43,281 nucleotides of DNA from assembly GCA_027031265.1 (NCBI GenBank), contig JALVRO010000101.1, forward strand, positions 1-43,281. The letters are read 5' to 3'. How positions within the stretch are numbered: the stretch's first letter is position 1; each line of letters opens with the position of its first letter. The position numbers and the translations under genes are program-made. Positions 1 to 9,817 of the stretch are shown piece after piece. This DNA is from Bacteroidales bacterium (GTDB taxonomy: Bacteria; Bacteroidota; Bacteroidia; Bacteroidales; S143-33). The notes under the pieces are model-generated. The model was not told where the DNA came from, did no database searches, and saw nothing but the letters and a program-made list of their open reading frames with translations.

Positions 1-1820
1 AAATAGAAGAGCTCAAACAAAAAGCATTAAGCCTCCCAGAAGTACCAGGTGTTTATCAGTTTCTAGACAATAAAGGAACTGTAATCTATGTTGGCAAAGC
101 CAAAAACCTCAAGCGCCGTGTGACCTCTTATTTCAACCGGACTGTCGAAGATCCCAAAACCCGCATTTTAATCCGGCATATCCACGACATCAAGCACATG
201 GTTGTGGAAACAGAAATGGACGCTCTTCTGCTGGAAAATTCTCTCATAAAAAAGTACAAACCCCGTTATAATATCCAGCTTAAAGATGACAAATCATATC
301 CCTGGATTGTTATCAAAAATGAACCTTTCCCCCGGGTTTTTTATACAAGAAATATTGTCAAAGATGGCTCCCTCTATTACGGTCCATACACATCAGTCTC
401 TATGGTAAGGACAATGCTGGCAATGTTTCGTGATGTGTTCAAGCTCAGAACATGCAACCTAGACCTCAGCCAGGAAAAAATTAAACAGGGAAAATACAAG
501 CCTTGCCTCGAATACCACATTAAAAACTGTATGGCTCCGTGTATTGGCAAGCAGAGCGAACAGGAATACATGCGCAACATTGAGCAAATTAAAAAAATTC
601 TTAGTGGCAAAACACGTGAAGTTATTGCTTATTTCAAGAAAAAAATGCTTGAGCATGCCCAAAATCTCGAATTCAAAAAAGCTCAAGAAATAAAAGAAAA
701 CATCGAAGAACTGGAAAACTATCAAAGCCGCTCCACTGTTGTGAACCCAAACCTCAAAGACCTGGAGGTCTATACAATTCTCGATGAGCAAAATATTGCC
801 TTTGTCAATTACATGAAAGTAGTCGAGGGTAAAGTAGTTCAATTCCTTTCAACACATGTAACGAAAAAACTAAATGAAACACCACAAGACATTCTGGTAC
901 ATTTCATTCTGGATATCAGGGAAAACAAACAGTCTGGCATTAGTAACGCTCAAGAAATACTCGTCCCTTTTAATATCGATCTGAATATACCAGGAGTTGG
1001 AATAAAGGTTCCCAAAATAGGAGACAAGAAAAAACTCCTGGATCTATCGTTCAAAAACCTCGAATATTACAGAAAAGAATATTACAAAAACAAAGAAGCA
1101 ACCGATCCCAACCAGCGTGCAATAAAACTTCTAGAACAAGTCAAAAACGATCTACAACTCAGAAACTTACCTATACACATCGAGTGTTTCGACAATTCAA
1201 ATTTACAGGGTACAAATCCAGTGTCGTCCTGCGTTGTTTTTCGCTATGGCAAACCCAGTAAAAAAGATTATCGTCGTTTTAGCATTAAGTCAATCCAGGG
1301 CTCTGATGATTACAAAACCATGGAGGAAGTAATTTACCGCCGTTACAAACGGCTACTGGAAGAGAACAAACCTCTACCAGATATGATCGTAATTGATGGT
1401 GGTAAGGGACAATTATCTGCTGCACTTACCAGTTTAAAAAAACTTGGTATACACAACCAGGTGGATATTATCTCCATTGCCAAGCGATTTGAAGAAATAT
1501 ACAAACCAAACGACAACTACCCTCTGTACATCAGCAGAAATTCATATACCCTCAAACTCATCCAACAAATACGTGATGAAGCCCACAGATTTGGCATCGA
1601 ATACCACAGAAAACTCCGTGAGAAAAACATGATTTCATCCGAACTGCTTGCACTGAAAGGTATTGGTCTGAAAACATATCAAAAACTTATTGATTATTTT
1701 GGCACTATAGAAAACATAAAAAAAGCAAGTGTGGAAGAACTAAAAAAAGTAGTAGATTCGCAAAAAGCAAAGATCATCCATAAGCACTTTCACAACTCAA
1801 ATGTCAAAACAAATGACTAA
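1..1820 (+). CDS. uvrC: Excinuclease ABC subunit C (UvrC), 5'-truncated by the window edge
   Basis: Frame 3 is open from the window edge and reads IEELKQKALSLPEVPGVYQFLDNKGTVIYVGKAKNLKRRVTSYF, a GIY-YIG nuclease N-terminus. It is continuous with the 566-aa track ORF, so the GTG at 120 is internal. Also present: a UVR-like helix (EFKKAQEIKENIEELE), an endonuclease region (ECFDNSNLQG) and a C-terminal helix-hairpin-helix (LKGIGLKTYQKLIDYFG). Confidence 0.93.
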   Translation, partial: IEELKQKALSLPEVPGVYQFLDNKGTVIYVGKAKNLKRRVTSYFNRTVEDPKTRILIRHIHDIKHMVVETEMDALLLENSLIKKYKPRYNIQLKDDKSYPWIVIKNEPFPRVFYTRNIVKDGSLYYGPYTSVSMVRTMLAMFRDVFKLRTCNLDLSQEKIKQGKYKPCLEYHIKNCMAPCIGKQSEQEYMRNIEQIKKILSGKTREVIAYFKKKMLEHAQNLEFKKAQEIKENIEELENYQSRSTVVNPNLKDLEVYTILDEQNIAFVNYMKVVEGKVVQFLSTHVTKKLNETPQDILVHFILDIRENKQSGISNAQEILVPFNIDLNIPGVGIKVPKIGDKKKLLDLSFKNLEYYRKEYYKNKEATDPNQRAIKLLEQVKNDLQLRNLPIHIECFDNSNLQGTNPVSSCVVFRYGKPSKKDYRRFSIKSIQGSDDYKTMEEVIYRRYKRLLEENKPLPDMIVIDGGKGQLSAALTSLKKLGIHNQVDIISIAKRFEEIYKPNDNYPLYISRNSYTLKLIQQIRDEAHRFGIEYHRKLREKNMISSELLALKGIGLKTYQKLIDYFGTIENIKKASVEELKKVVDSQKAKIIHKHFHNSNVKTND

Positions 1821-2577
1821 GCTAAAACACTTAACAAGCCTGGTACTAATACTTGCTACATCATTTTTTAGTTTCGCACAGCAGGGTAGCATTGGACAGG
1901 ATATAAACACAGGTCAAATAGAATATGCTACCAAATTTTTTCATCAAGGTCAGACGAGTATTATCACTCTTATCATAATAATTGCAATTGCCATTGTGTT
2001 TATCCTACTCGAGAGCTATTACAAAACACCTTACTTATCGCTTTGGCGTTCCTTTTTCTCCTGGAATGCGCTAACTATGAATAGTAAAAATTCCACAGCA
2101 TATACGACTACAAGACTTACTATCTATGCCTTGGTTGGACTACTATTATCTAGTTTTGTGATTTTTTATAGTCTCAGATTACTTAATGTTTACTCTCCAA
2201 CACTCCTGTTTTTAGTTGTATTAGCATTTACTTTTCAGGCTTTACTCAACTATCTGTCTTATATCGTAATAAGCAAGTTATTCTCACAAGAAACTTCGGC
2301 TAAAACTTTGCTATACACCACACTTCTTTTCTGGAGTATTTTATCCGAATCTGCTTATGTTTTCCTTGTTCTTTTGGTTTTCAGCAAAAGTGTGTTTTTG
2401 ACAAAACTTATTGCAATTCTTTGGTTTGTTTTCATATCTTTCCAATTCATTAGGAAACTGTTGATTTTGTTAAAGATTTTTTCAGAAGCCAGGTTTCACT
2501 TATTGCATATAATTTTATATTTTTGCGCAGTGGAATTAATGCCCTTAATATTGGTTTTTACTAACATAAAACCTTAA
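1801..2577 (+). CDS. Polytopic membrane protein, probably DUF4271 family
   Basis: 258-aa ORF with an N-terminal signal/TM (LTSLVLILATSFFSFAQ) and about 6 further hydrophobic helices. It overlaps the uvrC stop by 20 nt (an alternative ATG lies at 1813). Its position directly upstream of a HemD-family gene matches my memory of Bacteroidota DUF4271. The family name was not verified by search. Confidence 0.6.
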   Translation: MSKQMTKLKHLTSLVLILATSFFSFAQQGSIGQDINTGQIEYATKFFHQGQTSIITLIIIIAIAIVFILLESYYKTPYLSLWRSFFSWNALTMNSKNSTAYTTTRLTIYALVGLLLSSFVIFYSLRLLNVYSPTLLFLVVLAFTFQALLNYLSYIVISKLFSQETSAKTLLYTTLLFWSILSESAYVFLVLLVFSKSVFLTKLIAILWFVFISFQFIRKLLILLKIFSEARFHLLHIILYFCAVELMPLILVFTNIKP

Positions 2578-2590
2578 AACTTAACCACTT

Positions 2591-3346
2591 ATGATTAAAA
2601 AAATTTTGATTTCCCAGCCTCAACCTACAGGAAAGAATCCATATAGCGAACTTGTTGAGAACTACAATATACAGGTAGACTTTAAGAAATTCTTTGATAT
2701 TGAACCTATTAATGCTAAAGAGTTCAAAAACCAAAAGATTAATATAGAAGAATTTTCAGGTATAATCTTCACAAGTCGTACAGCTATTGACCATTTTTTC
2801 GGATTAATGGAACAACTAAAGATTAGCGTACCAAACACAATGAAATATTTCTGTGCCAATGAGAAAATAGCCCTATATCTACAGAAATACATCGTTTACC
2901 GTAAAAGAAAAATCTTTTTTGGCGAAAACAACACAAACGATAGCCTGATTGAGACTATTGAGAAATATAAAAACGAGCCTATGTTGCTACCTGGACCAGA
3001 AGGATCTAAGAGTACCCTTTACAACAAATTAAAGAAAAACAAATTTAATGTTACAGCAATTGGTATTTACAAAATTGTTTCTTCTGATCTGAAGGATATT
3101 GACATCGACTCTTTCGATATGGTGGTATTTTTTAGTCCCTGGGGTGTGAAAGCTTTGCTTGACAATTTTCCTGAGTTCAATAACAACACTGCTTTGATAG
3201 CTTCGGTTGGCAATGAGACTGCCAAAGCTATTAAAAAAGCTGGATTAAACATTGATATCAAACTTAATCCAAAGAAACATTCTTCAATGCAAGCTGCCAT
3301 CATTGATTATATCGAATCCAACATGAAAGCAACCAAGAATGCCTAA
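2591..3346 (+). CDS. hemD: Uroporphyrinogen-III synthase family protein (HemD-like)
   Basis: 251 aa. The N-terminus KKILISQPQP...NPYSEL...VDFKKFFDIEPINAKEFKNQKINIEEFSGIIFTSRTAIDHFF matches the Bacteroidota HEM4-family pattern as I remember it. There is a second lobe with VVFFSPWGVKALL. Confidence 0.75.
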   Translation: MIKKILISQPQPTGKNPYSELVENYNIQVDFKKFFDIEPINAKEFKNQKINIEEFSGIIFTSRTAIDHFFGLMEQLKISVPNTMKYFCANEKIALYLQKYIVYRKRKIFFGENNTNDSLIETIEKYKNEPMLLPGPEGSKSTLYNKLKKNKFNVTAIGIYKIVSSDLKDIDIDSFDMVVFFSPWGVKALLDNFPEFNNNTALIASVGNETAKAIKKAGLNIDIKLNPKKHSSMQAAIIDYIESNMKATKNA

Positions 3347-3737
3347 GTTTTACGGTTTGAAAAAGGGCGAGATTATCAAAAACGAACTGGTAATCAAAAG
3401 GTTGCTTTCTAATAATAATAAACTCTTTGTCTATCCTCTATTGGTAAAATGGGAAATTGAATTCAGTCAATCTTCACACACACATATCCAATCAGCTTTT
3501 ATCGTCAGTAAAAAACGTTTCTCAAAGGCCACAACACGCAATTTGATAAAGCGGAGATTAAAAGAAAGTTACAGAAAAAACAAAAATATTTTTCAAAATG
3601 TAAATTTTGATTTACATTTGAAAATACTTTTTATATATGTGTCAAACAATGTGGAAAATTTCCAGACTATAGATCAAGCTGTGCAACAATTAATGCAAAA
3701 AATACTTTTATCAATTCTCGATGAAAAATCTAGTTAA
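3339..3737 (+). CDS. rnpA: Ribonuclease P protein component
   Basis: Basic 132-aa ORF. The segment FIVSKKRFSKATTRNLIKRRLKESYRKNK carries the RNase P protein RNR-type motif. Its start overlaps the hemD stop by 8 nt. Confidence 0.85.
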   Translation: MPKFYGLKKGEIIKNELVIKRLLSNNNKLFVYPLLVKWEIEFSQSSHTHIQSAFIVSKKRFSKATTRNLIKRRLKESYRKNKNIFQNVNFDLHLKILFIYVSNNVENFQTIDQAVQQLMQKILLSILDEKSS

Positions 3738-3805
3738 CATTGTTCTTATTTTATTTAACTTTTGCACGATTTTTGTGTATTAAAACTTAAAACATTTTTC
3801 AAAAA

Positions 3806-4204
3806 ATGCTTGAGAAATTAGAAATAAAAGAAACCTTTGATACACCATACATAAATTTCGATCCTATTAGCGGAATGCTCAGAATAGAAGGCAAATCTTA
3901 TCCTGCTAATGTTACTGAGTTTTACGATCCTATCTTTGACTGGCTAAACGAATACTTTAAGCAGCCAGCTTACGAGACAGTACTGCACCTGAAGCTTGAT
4001 TATTTTAATACAGCATCTTCAAAAATTCTAATGGATCTTCTCTATAAACTTGAAGAGATTTATCATCGGTATAACCACAGAATCAAGGTTATATGGCACT
4101 ATCCCGAAGATGACGAAGATATTTACGAAACAGGATTAGAATATTCTGAGCTTGTAGATTTGCCATTTGAATTAAAAAGTTATAAATTTATCGCCGAAAA
4201 ATGA
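3806..4204 (+). CDS. DUF1987 domain protein (SiaC-like partner-switch phosphoprotein family)
   Basis: 132 aa. The pattern TFDTPYINFDPISGMLRIEGKSYPANVTEFYDPIFDWLNEY...LKLDYFNTASSKILMDLL is the DUF1987 pattern as I remember it. The gene is monocistronic, followed by a strong terminator. Confidence 0.7.
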   Translation: MLEKLEIKETFDTPYINFDPISGMLRIEGKSYPANVTEFYDPIFDWLNEYFKQPAYETVLHLKLDYFNTASSKILMDLLYKLEEIYHRYNHRIKVIWHYPEDDEDIYETGLEYSELVDLPFELKSYKFIAEK

Positions 4205-4232
4205 TTACCCTTGCATAGCTTCCCCCTTGCAA

Positions 4233-4268
4233 AAGGCTGCCTATGATATAGGCAGCCTTACTTTTTTA
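4233..4268 (+). terminator. Rho-independent terminator downstream of the DUF1987 gene
   Basis: Perfect 9-bp stem aaggctgcc (4233-4241) / ggcagcctt (4251-4259) with a 9-nt loop, followed by acttttttat. Confidence 0.8.
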
Positions 4269-4300
4269 TCAAACAATCATATCTAACAAGTTAATATTCA

Positions 4301-5176
4301 ATGGAAATAATAATCACACTATCAAATAATATAAACAAAAAAATATGGGACAAAAGTATTGACTCCTCATATAATGGTAACGTATTCTTCACTTCATGGT
4401 ACTTGGACATAATTACTGGAGGGAAATGGCTTGGTATTTCGGATTCTAACCTAAATTGGCTTATACCAATACCAGCACATCGTCTCTTGCTGAATTTTAA
4501 ATTAAAGACACCTGGCTACTGGCCCTATACTAGCTTTATTTATAAAAATCCTATTCCACTTAATTTAAACTGGGAGGAAATAATCTATAAAACTCCTAAA
4601 ATCAGAAAATTACTCACCAACAACAAGCTCTATTTCAAATTCTTTCCTTCAAAAACCATAATCAAACAGTCAGAAAAAATAAATTTCGAACTGGACTTGC
4701 CCTACGGACTGGATCTGCTACGAAACCACGATAAATACCAGAGCTATCTCAAAAAAACTTTTTCTGCGGCTCTGTATGCAAACACTCAAATTCCTGCTAG
4801 AGGTCTTATACAATTTATCAGTGAAAATCACCCCCCAGACAAAGCTAGAATTCTAAATCAAATAGTCTATGCTGCAACCAGTCGCGGTAGGCTGGTAAGT
4901 ATAGGAATATATAATAGGGCTTCTAGACTGGTTGCGCTCACAATTGGAATTATTTTTAGGAATAGGCTAAATATCATTGCCCACATAACAAAAAAGGCTC
5001 TAATAGAATTAGAGCCAGAATTTTATCGTTTTCTCACACTGAAAAAAATCTGTGAATCTTACCACAATATGAATCTAACTCTAGAGATGCCCCAGTACTT
5101 AGACTTTTTTGAGGATTTACCATTTGCCAGTATAACAAAAGCCGTTCATCTATTCAGAGTTACTGTGCCCGGCTAA
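4301..5176 (+). CDS. Hypothetical protein (weak resemblance to the FemAB/GNAT-like N-terminus W-x-YLD pattern)
   Basis: 291-aa ORF with non-shadow composition. The N-terminus KKIWDKSIDSSYNGNVFFTSWYLDII is reminiscent of uncharacterised Bacteroidota acyltransferase-fold proteins, but I recognise no catalytic motif. Its 3' end overlaps the convergent MBL gene by 17 nt. Confidence 0.45.
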   Translation: MEIIITLSNNINKKIWDKSIDSSYNGNVFFTSWYLDIITGGKWLGISDSNLNWLIPIPAHRLLLNFKLKTPGYWPYTSFIYKNPIPLNLNWEEIIYKTPKIRKLLTNNKLYFKFFPSKTIIKQSEKINFELDLPYGLDLLRNHDKYQSYLKKTFSAALYANTQIPARGLIQFISENHPPDKARILNQIVYAATSRGRLVSIGIYNRASRLVALTIGIIFRNRLNIIAHITKKALIELEPEFYRFLTLKKICESYHNMNLTLEMPQYLDFFEDLPFASITKAVHLFRVTVPG

Positions 5177-5816
5177 CAATATTCAGAATAAAAGGATTAT
5201 TGAGCAACTCATCAGCCAGAGTTGTCTCGCTGCCATGTCCGGGCAAGAGGGTATAATCTTCTTTCAATGCTAAAATCTTGTCTTTTATAGACTTCGATAT
5301 AACGTCATAATCTCCACCCGGTATATCCGTACGACCAATAGTATTCTTAAAAATCAAATCACCTGTAAAAATTACTTTCTCTTTCTCCAGCCGCAAGCAT
5401 ACATGCCCTGGAGAATGACCAGGTGTGTGTATCACATCTATGTTTATGTCACCCAGTTTAATACTCTTATTATCATTGAGATACCCATCAATCTGTGGTA
5501 TTTGTTTTATCTCAAATCCATATTCTTCTGCTATTGCCACTGACTGCTCAATAATAGGTAAATCCATCCTGTGCATCAAGACCCTGGCTCCTTTGCTCCT
5601 CAAAAAATCAGCTCCAAACCAGTGGTCAAAATGACCATGAGTCAGCAAAACTAAGCTAATCTGTAATTTATAATCGCTTACGAAATCATCGAATATAAGT
5701 CGCTCATCATCAGTATACATACCAGGATCAATAACAATAGCTTCGTTCGTTTGCTTATTTACAATAACATAAGTATTTACTCCAACATCATTAAAAACAA
5801 AGCGTTTTATTAGCAT
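5160..5816 (-). CDS. MBL-fold metallo-hydrolase (glyoxalase II-like)
   Basis: 218 aa with the H-x-H-x-D-H motif (LLTHGHFDHW), then HTPGHSPGH, GDLIF and PGHG. These match the metallo-beta-lactamase superfamily zinc ligands. Confidence 0.88.
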   Translation of the reverse strand: MLIKRFVFNDVGVNTYVIVNKQTNEAIVIDPGMYTDDERLIFDDFVSDYKLQISLVLLTHGHFDHWFGADFLRSKGARVLMHRMDLPIIEQSVAIAEEYGFEIKQIPQIDGYLNDNKSIKLGDINIDVIHTPGHSPGHVCLRLEKEKVIFTGDLIFKNTIGRTDIPGGDYDVISKSIKDKILALKEDYTLLPGHGSETTLADELLNNPFILNIVSRAQ

Positions 5817-5866
5817 TATTGTGGTAATTTTTTATTTTTTTGTGATAAAAAATTTATATCTATGAG

Positions 5867-5874
5867 TAAATTTG
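5867..5874 (+). promoter_or_regulatory. Bacteroidota-type -7 promoter box (TAnnTTTG) for rnr and the downstream gene string
   Basis: Exact TAAATTTG lies 28 nt upstream of the rnr ATG, in the divergent 86-nt intergenic region. A TTTG at 5839-5842 could be a -33 element, but the spacing is long. Confidence 0.5.
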
Positions 5875-5902
5875 TCATAAATACGCTAAACATACATTCA
5901 TC

Positions 5903-8062
5903 ATGGCTAAACTAAACAAATCTAAATTAAAAAAAGAAATATTATCTGTATTCAAACGTAATCCAAAGAAGTTTTTCAATTACAAGCAAATAGCAAAACT
6001 GGTGGGCGCCAACACCCGTACCCGGAAAAGAATGATTATCCAGATTCTTGATGAACTTCACAACCATGGCTACCTACTGGAAGTCAAACCCGGAAAATAC
6101 CAGCTCCATCCTCAGAGCAAAAAAGTCATAGGTATTTTAGACATGTCCGAAAAAGGCTTCCCTGTTGTACATGTCATTGATAGTAATGATTTTATCTATA
6201 TACCTATCAACAAACTAAACCATGCCCTTCATGGCGATAAGGTCGAAGTAGTTATTACAGCACGATCACGTAAAAGAGATGTCCCTCAAGGGGAGATAAC
6301 TAGAGTACTCGAAAGGTCTAAGCAACTCTTTGTCGGTACCGTGATAAAATCAGAGCATTATGCTTTCCTTACCACTAATTACAAGAGTATGCCCTATGAT
6401 ATTTTCATCCCCAAGAAAAAGCTCAATGGAGCTAACGATGGAGATAAAGCCCTGGTCAGGATTATTGAATGGCCTGAATATGCCAAGAACCCTGTGGGAG
6501 AAGTTGTGGAAATCCTCGGTCCTTCTGGTAGCGCTGACGCTGAGATGCACGCCATTCTGGCTGAGTTTGACTTACCTTATGCCTTCCCTCCAGAAGTAGA
6601 GCAGGAAGCAGCTAAAATACCTAAAGAGATTCCAGATGCAGAAATTAAGAAACGACTTGATTACAGAGATGTCCTTACCTTTACAATTGACCCAGCTGAT
6701 GCCAAGGACTTTGATGACGCCCTTTCCTTTAAAAAAATTTCAGATGACCTTTTCGAGATCGGGGTCCATATCGCAGATGTCACTTATTATGTCAAAGAAG
6801 CAACTCTACTAGATAAAGAAGCATACAAAAGAGCTACCTCTGTCTATTTAGTTGACCGCGTCGTACCTATGCTTCCCGAACGATTGTCAAATGAACTCTG
6901 TTCTCTCAATCCACACACAGACAAGCTTACATTCTCTGTCATTCTCAAAATGAACAAAGATGCACGTGTGCTCAACTACAGGATAGAAAAAACTATTATC
7001 AACTCTGACCGCAGATTCAACTACGACCAAGTACAGAAAATAATCGAAACTGGTAAGGGTGACCTCGCAGATCCTATCCTTACGCTTAATGATCTGGCGC
7101 AGAAACTCAGGGCAAAACGATTTCGTAATGGAGCAATTGCCTTTGAATCAGGTGAAATGAAATTCCGGCTTGACCCTCTGGGTAAACCAACCCAAGTTTA
7201 TTTCAAGAAAATGAAAGAGTCCAACCAGCTCATAGAAGAATTCATGCTACTGGCAAACAGAAAAGTAGCTGAAAAAATCGGAAAAGTCCCGGAAGGCCAG
7301 AAAGCTAAAACCTTTGTTTATCGCGTGCATGACCTCCCGGATCAGGAAAAATTGCAAAACTTTGCCCGCTTTGTTAAAAAATTCGGCTTTGAAATATCTA
7401 CAAAATCTCCTAAGTCATTTGCCTTTTCACTGAATCACCTTTTCGAAAAAATAAAAGATAACCCCGTAGCTCTGGTCATTGCAAATCTCGGTATACGCGC
7501 CATGGCAAAAGCCGAATACTCTATAGACAATATTGGCCATTTTGGTCTGGCTTTCAAATATTACACTCATTTTACCTCTCCAATTAGGCGCTATCCTGAT
7601 GTGATGGTGCACCGCCTTCTTTATCGTTATCTGTTTGAGAAAAAAGACTCTGCAAATCCTGGTAAATACGAAAAACGCTGTAAGCATTCAACAGAAATGG
7701 AAATCCAGGCACAAAGGGCAGAATGGGCTTCTATTAAATTTAAGGCTATAGAATACATGAAAGACAAGGTAGGAGAGGAATTCGAAGGTATTATTGCAGG
7801 ACTTAATGAGTGGGGTATATTTGTCCAACTCGTTGAGAATAGTATCGAAGGTACTGTCCTTATTCGTGATATTGAGGATGATTTCTACATTTTTGACGAA
7901 GAAAATTATAGCCTGATTGGTGAATATACAGGTAACAAATTCGAAATTGGCGACAAAATCCTTGTTCGCATTGCCAGGGCTGACCTTATTAAACGTCAGC
8001 TTGATTTTATTCTGGTTAAAAAACTCGCTAATAACACAGATATTCTAAACCTCAAAGACTGA
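5903..8062 (+). CDS. rnr: Ribonuclease R
   Basis: 719 aa. N-terminal HTH/cold-shock-like region; RNB catalytic motifs (TIDPADAKDFDDALS, VYLVDRVVPMLPERLSNELCSLNP, HFGLAFKYYTHFTSPIRRYPDVMVHR); C-terminal S1 domain (EFEGIIAGLNEWGIFVQL). Confidence 0.95.
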   Translation: MAKLNKSKLKKEILSVFKRNPKKFFNYKQIAKLVGANTRTRKRMIIQILDELHNHGYLLEVKPGKYQLHPQSKKVIGILDMSEKGFPVVHVIDSNDFIYIPINKLNHALHGDKVEVVITARSRKRDVPQGEITRVLERSKQLFVGTVIKSEHYAFLTTNYKSMPYDIFIPKKKLNGANDGDKALVRIIEWPEYAKNPVGEVVEILGPSGSADAEMHAILAEFDLPYAFPPEVEQEAAKIPKEIPDAEIKKRLDYRDVLTFTIDPADAKDFDDALSFKKISDDLFEIGVHIADVTYYVKEATLLDKEAYKRATSVYLVDRVVPMLPERLSNELCSLNPHTDKLTFSVILKMNKDARVLNYRIEKTIINSDRRFNYDQVQKIIETGKGDLADPILTLNDLAQKLRAKRFRNGAIAFESGEMKFRLDPLGKPTQVYFKKMKESNQLIEEFMLLANRKVAEKIGKVPEGQKAKTFVYRVHDLPDQEKLQNFARFVKKFGFEISTKSPKSFAFSLNHLFEKIKDNPVALVIANLGIRAMAKAEYSIDNIGHFGLAFKYYTHFTSPIRRYPDVMVHRLLYRYLFEKKDSANPGKYEKRCKHSTEMEIQAQRAEWASIKFKAIEYMKDKVGEEFEGIIAGLNEWGIFVQLVENSIEGTVLIRDIEDDFYIFDEENYSLIGEYTGNKFEIGDKILVRIARADLIKRQLDFILVKKLANNTDILNLKD

Positions 8063-8067
8063 ATAAT

Positions 8068-9075
8068 ATGAAAGTAATTATTCCAATGGCAGGCATGGGC
8101 AAACGACTTAGACCACTGACTCTGACCACTCCTAAACCATTGCTCAAAGTTGCTGGGAAAAGCATTGTCGAACACCTGTTAAACAACTTGCAACCTATTT
8201 CACCAGAACCAATCGACGAAGTTGGTTTTATTATTGGTAATTTTTCTGCTGAAACTAAGCAACAAATAATAAATATTGCCTCACATCTTAATCTTAAATA
8301 TCATCTCTACACTCAAGATGTTCCTCTGGGAACAGCACACGCTGTATTTATGGCAGAACAAATGCTATCGGGCAAAGTAATCATTGCTTTTGCTGACACG
8401 ATTTTCATTGCACACGAAAAAATAGACTCTTCCCAAGATGCAATTATTTTCACGAAAAAAGTGGATAATCCCCAGCAGTATGGAGTAGTAAAGCTGGATA
8501 AAGACCTCTTTATCACTGGCTTTGTCGAAAAACCCAAAACATTTGTATCAGACCAGGCAATTATTGGAATTTATTATTTCAAAGATGCACAGAAACTGGG
8601 GGAAAAAATCAAATACCTGATAGACAACGGAATCAAGGGTAATGGAGAATATCAGCTGACAGATGCCCTAAGTATGTTACTGCAGGATGGGCTCAGATTT
8701 AAATCTTATACAACTGATCAATGGCTGGACTGTGGTAATCCACAGACTCTGCTGTCCACCACATCAAAAATACTCGAACTATACCACAGCGGGCAAGAAA
8801 AATATGATGGAGTTGAGAACACAGTAATAAATCCTCCGGTTTATATTGCTCCTGGCGCTAAAATTAAAAACTCAGTTATCGGGCCTTTTGCAGCTATAGA
8901 AGATGGATGTATTATTGAGGATACTACTGTTAAGGATTCTATTATCTACGACTCCACTTTTATTAGTGACTCATTCATTAGCAAATCTATAATTGGCTCA
9001 AATTCACATATAGTTAGCAATGTAAACAAGCTCATCGTCGGAGACTATACAAAAATACAGAACCATGAAAAATAA
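8068..9075 (+). CDS. Sugar-phosphate nucleotidyltransferase with C-terminal left-handed beta-helix
   Basis: 335 aa. The N-terminal signature IPMAGMGKRLRPLTLTTPKPLL has the G-x-G-x-R-L pattern. The C-terminus has hexapeptide-like repeats (VINPPVYIAPGAKIKNSVIGPFAAIEDGCIIEDTTVKDSII). Substrate is not assignable from sequence. Confidence 0.8.
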   Translation: MKVIIPMAGMGKRLRPLTLTTPKPLLKVAGKSIVEHLLNNLQPISPEPIDEVGFIIGNFSAETKQQIINIASHLNLKYHLYTQDVPLGTAHAVFMAEQMLSGKVIIAFADTIFIAHEKIDSSQDAIIFTKKVDNPQQYGVVKLDKDLFITGFVEKPKTFVSDQAIIGIYYFKDAQKLGEKIKYLIDNGIKGNGEYQLTDALSMLLQDGLRFKSYTTDQWLDCGNPQTLLSTTSKILELYHSGQEKYDGVENTVINPPVYIAPGAKIKNSVIGPFAAIEDGCIIEDTTVKDSIIYDSTFISDSFISKSIIGSNSHIVSNVNKLIVGDYTKIQNHEK

Positions 9076-9817
9076 AATCTATATATGCATTAGCGTTTTC
9101 CTGCTGTCTGCCGTTCTCAGTGCATGTCGCACCATCCGGCCTTTTACGACAAAAACGTCCAGGAAAAAGGCAGCTATCATCCGTATTGTTAGACTGAGCC
9201 ATATAAAAACCAGTGCGCTTAAAGTTAATTACCTCGCACGCACAGATTTTCAAGGCAGCAAACAGTCTATTGCTGGTACAATCGATATTTCTTCGGATAC
9301 TTCTGCAAAAATTACTGCTACCTCTGGATTTGGTCTACCACTGGCCAGGATAACTATTTCAGGGGACTCAGCACGGGTTCATTCCATGCTCTTTGAAGAT
9401 TTTTCCGGCAAAACTTCTTCGCTTCTGTCAGCAGCACAATACAATTTTACTCCTGCAATCCTCAAAGACCTGCTACTTGGAAACATCATTCTCATTAATG
9501 ACACTCTGTCTCTGGATAAATATTCTATTGATGTACAGAATGACACAACAGTCATCCTTAACTACAGGATACCTGCAAAATCAAACCCACAACTGTCTGA
9601 CTTTAACAACACAATTATTTTTTCCCTCAATCAAGGTAAAATAGTAAAAAACACACTGTGGCTTGGCAAAGATGAAGCTCAGATACTTATAGATTACAAG
9701 AATTTTACATTCATTAATAACAAAAAAATTCCCACAAAAATTAATTTTACGATTGTCAAGGGTATAGATACAACCCTTAACGCACAAATAAAGGTCAAAA
9801 AAATACGCTTACAATGA
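9065..9817 (+). CDS. Lipoprotein, probably DUF4292 (LolA/LolB-superfamily-like)
   Basis: 250 aa. Signal peptide with a lipobox, LLSAVLSAC (Cys21), and a beta-rich body. Overlaps the upstream gene by 11 nt and the downstream gene by 4 nt (ATGA). The family name is from memory. Confidence 0.6.
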   Translation: MKNKIYICISVFLLSAVLSACRTIRPFTTKTSRKKAAIIRIVRLSHIKTSALKVNYLARTDFQGSKQSIAGTIDISSDTSAKITATSGFGLPLARITISGDSARVHSMLFEDFSGKTSSLLSAAQYNFTPAILKDLLLGNIILINDTLSLDKYSIDVQNDTTVILNYRIPAKSNPQLSDFNNTIIFSLNQGKIVKNTLWLGKDEAQILIDYKNFTFINNKKIPTKINFTIVKGIDTTLNAQIKVKKIRLQ

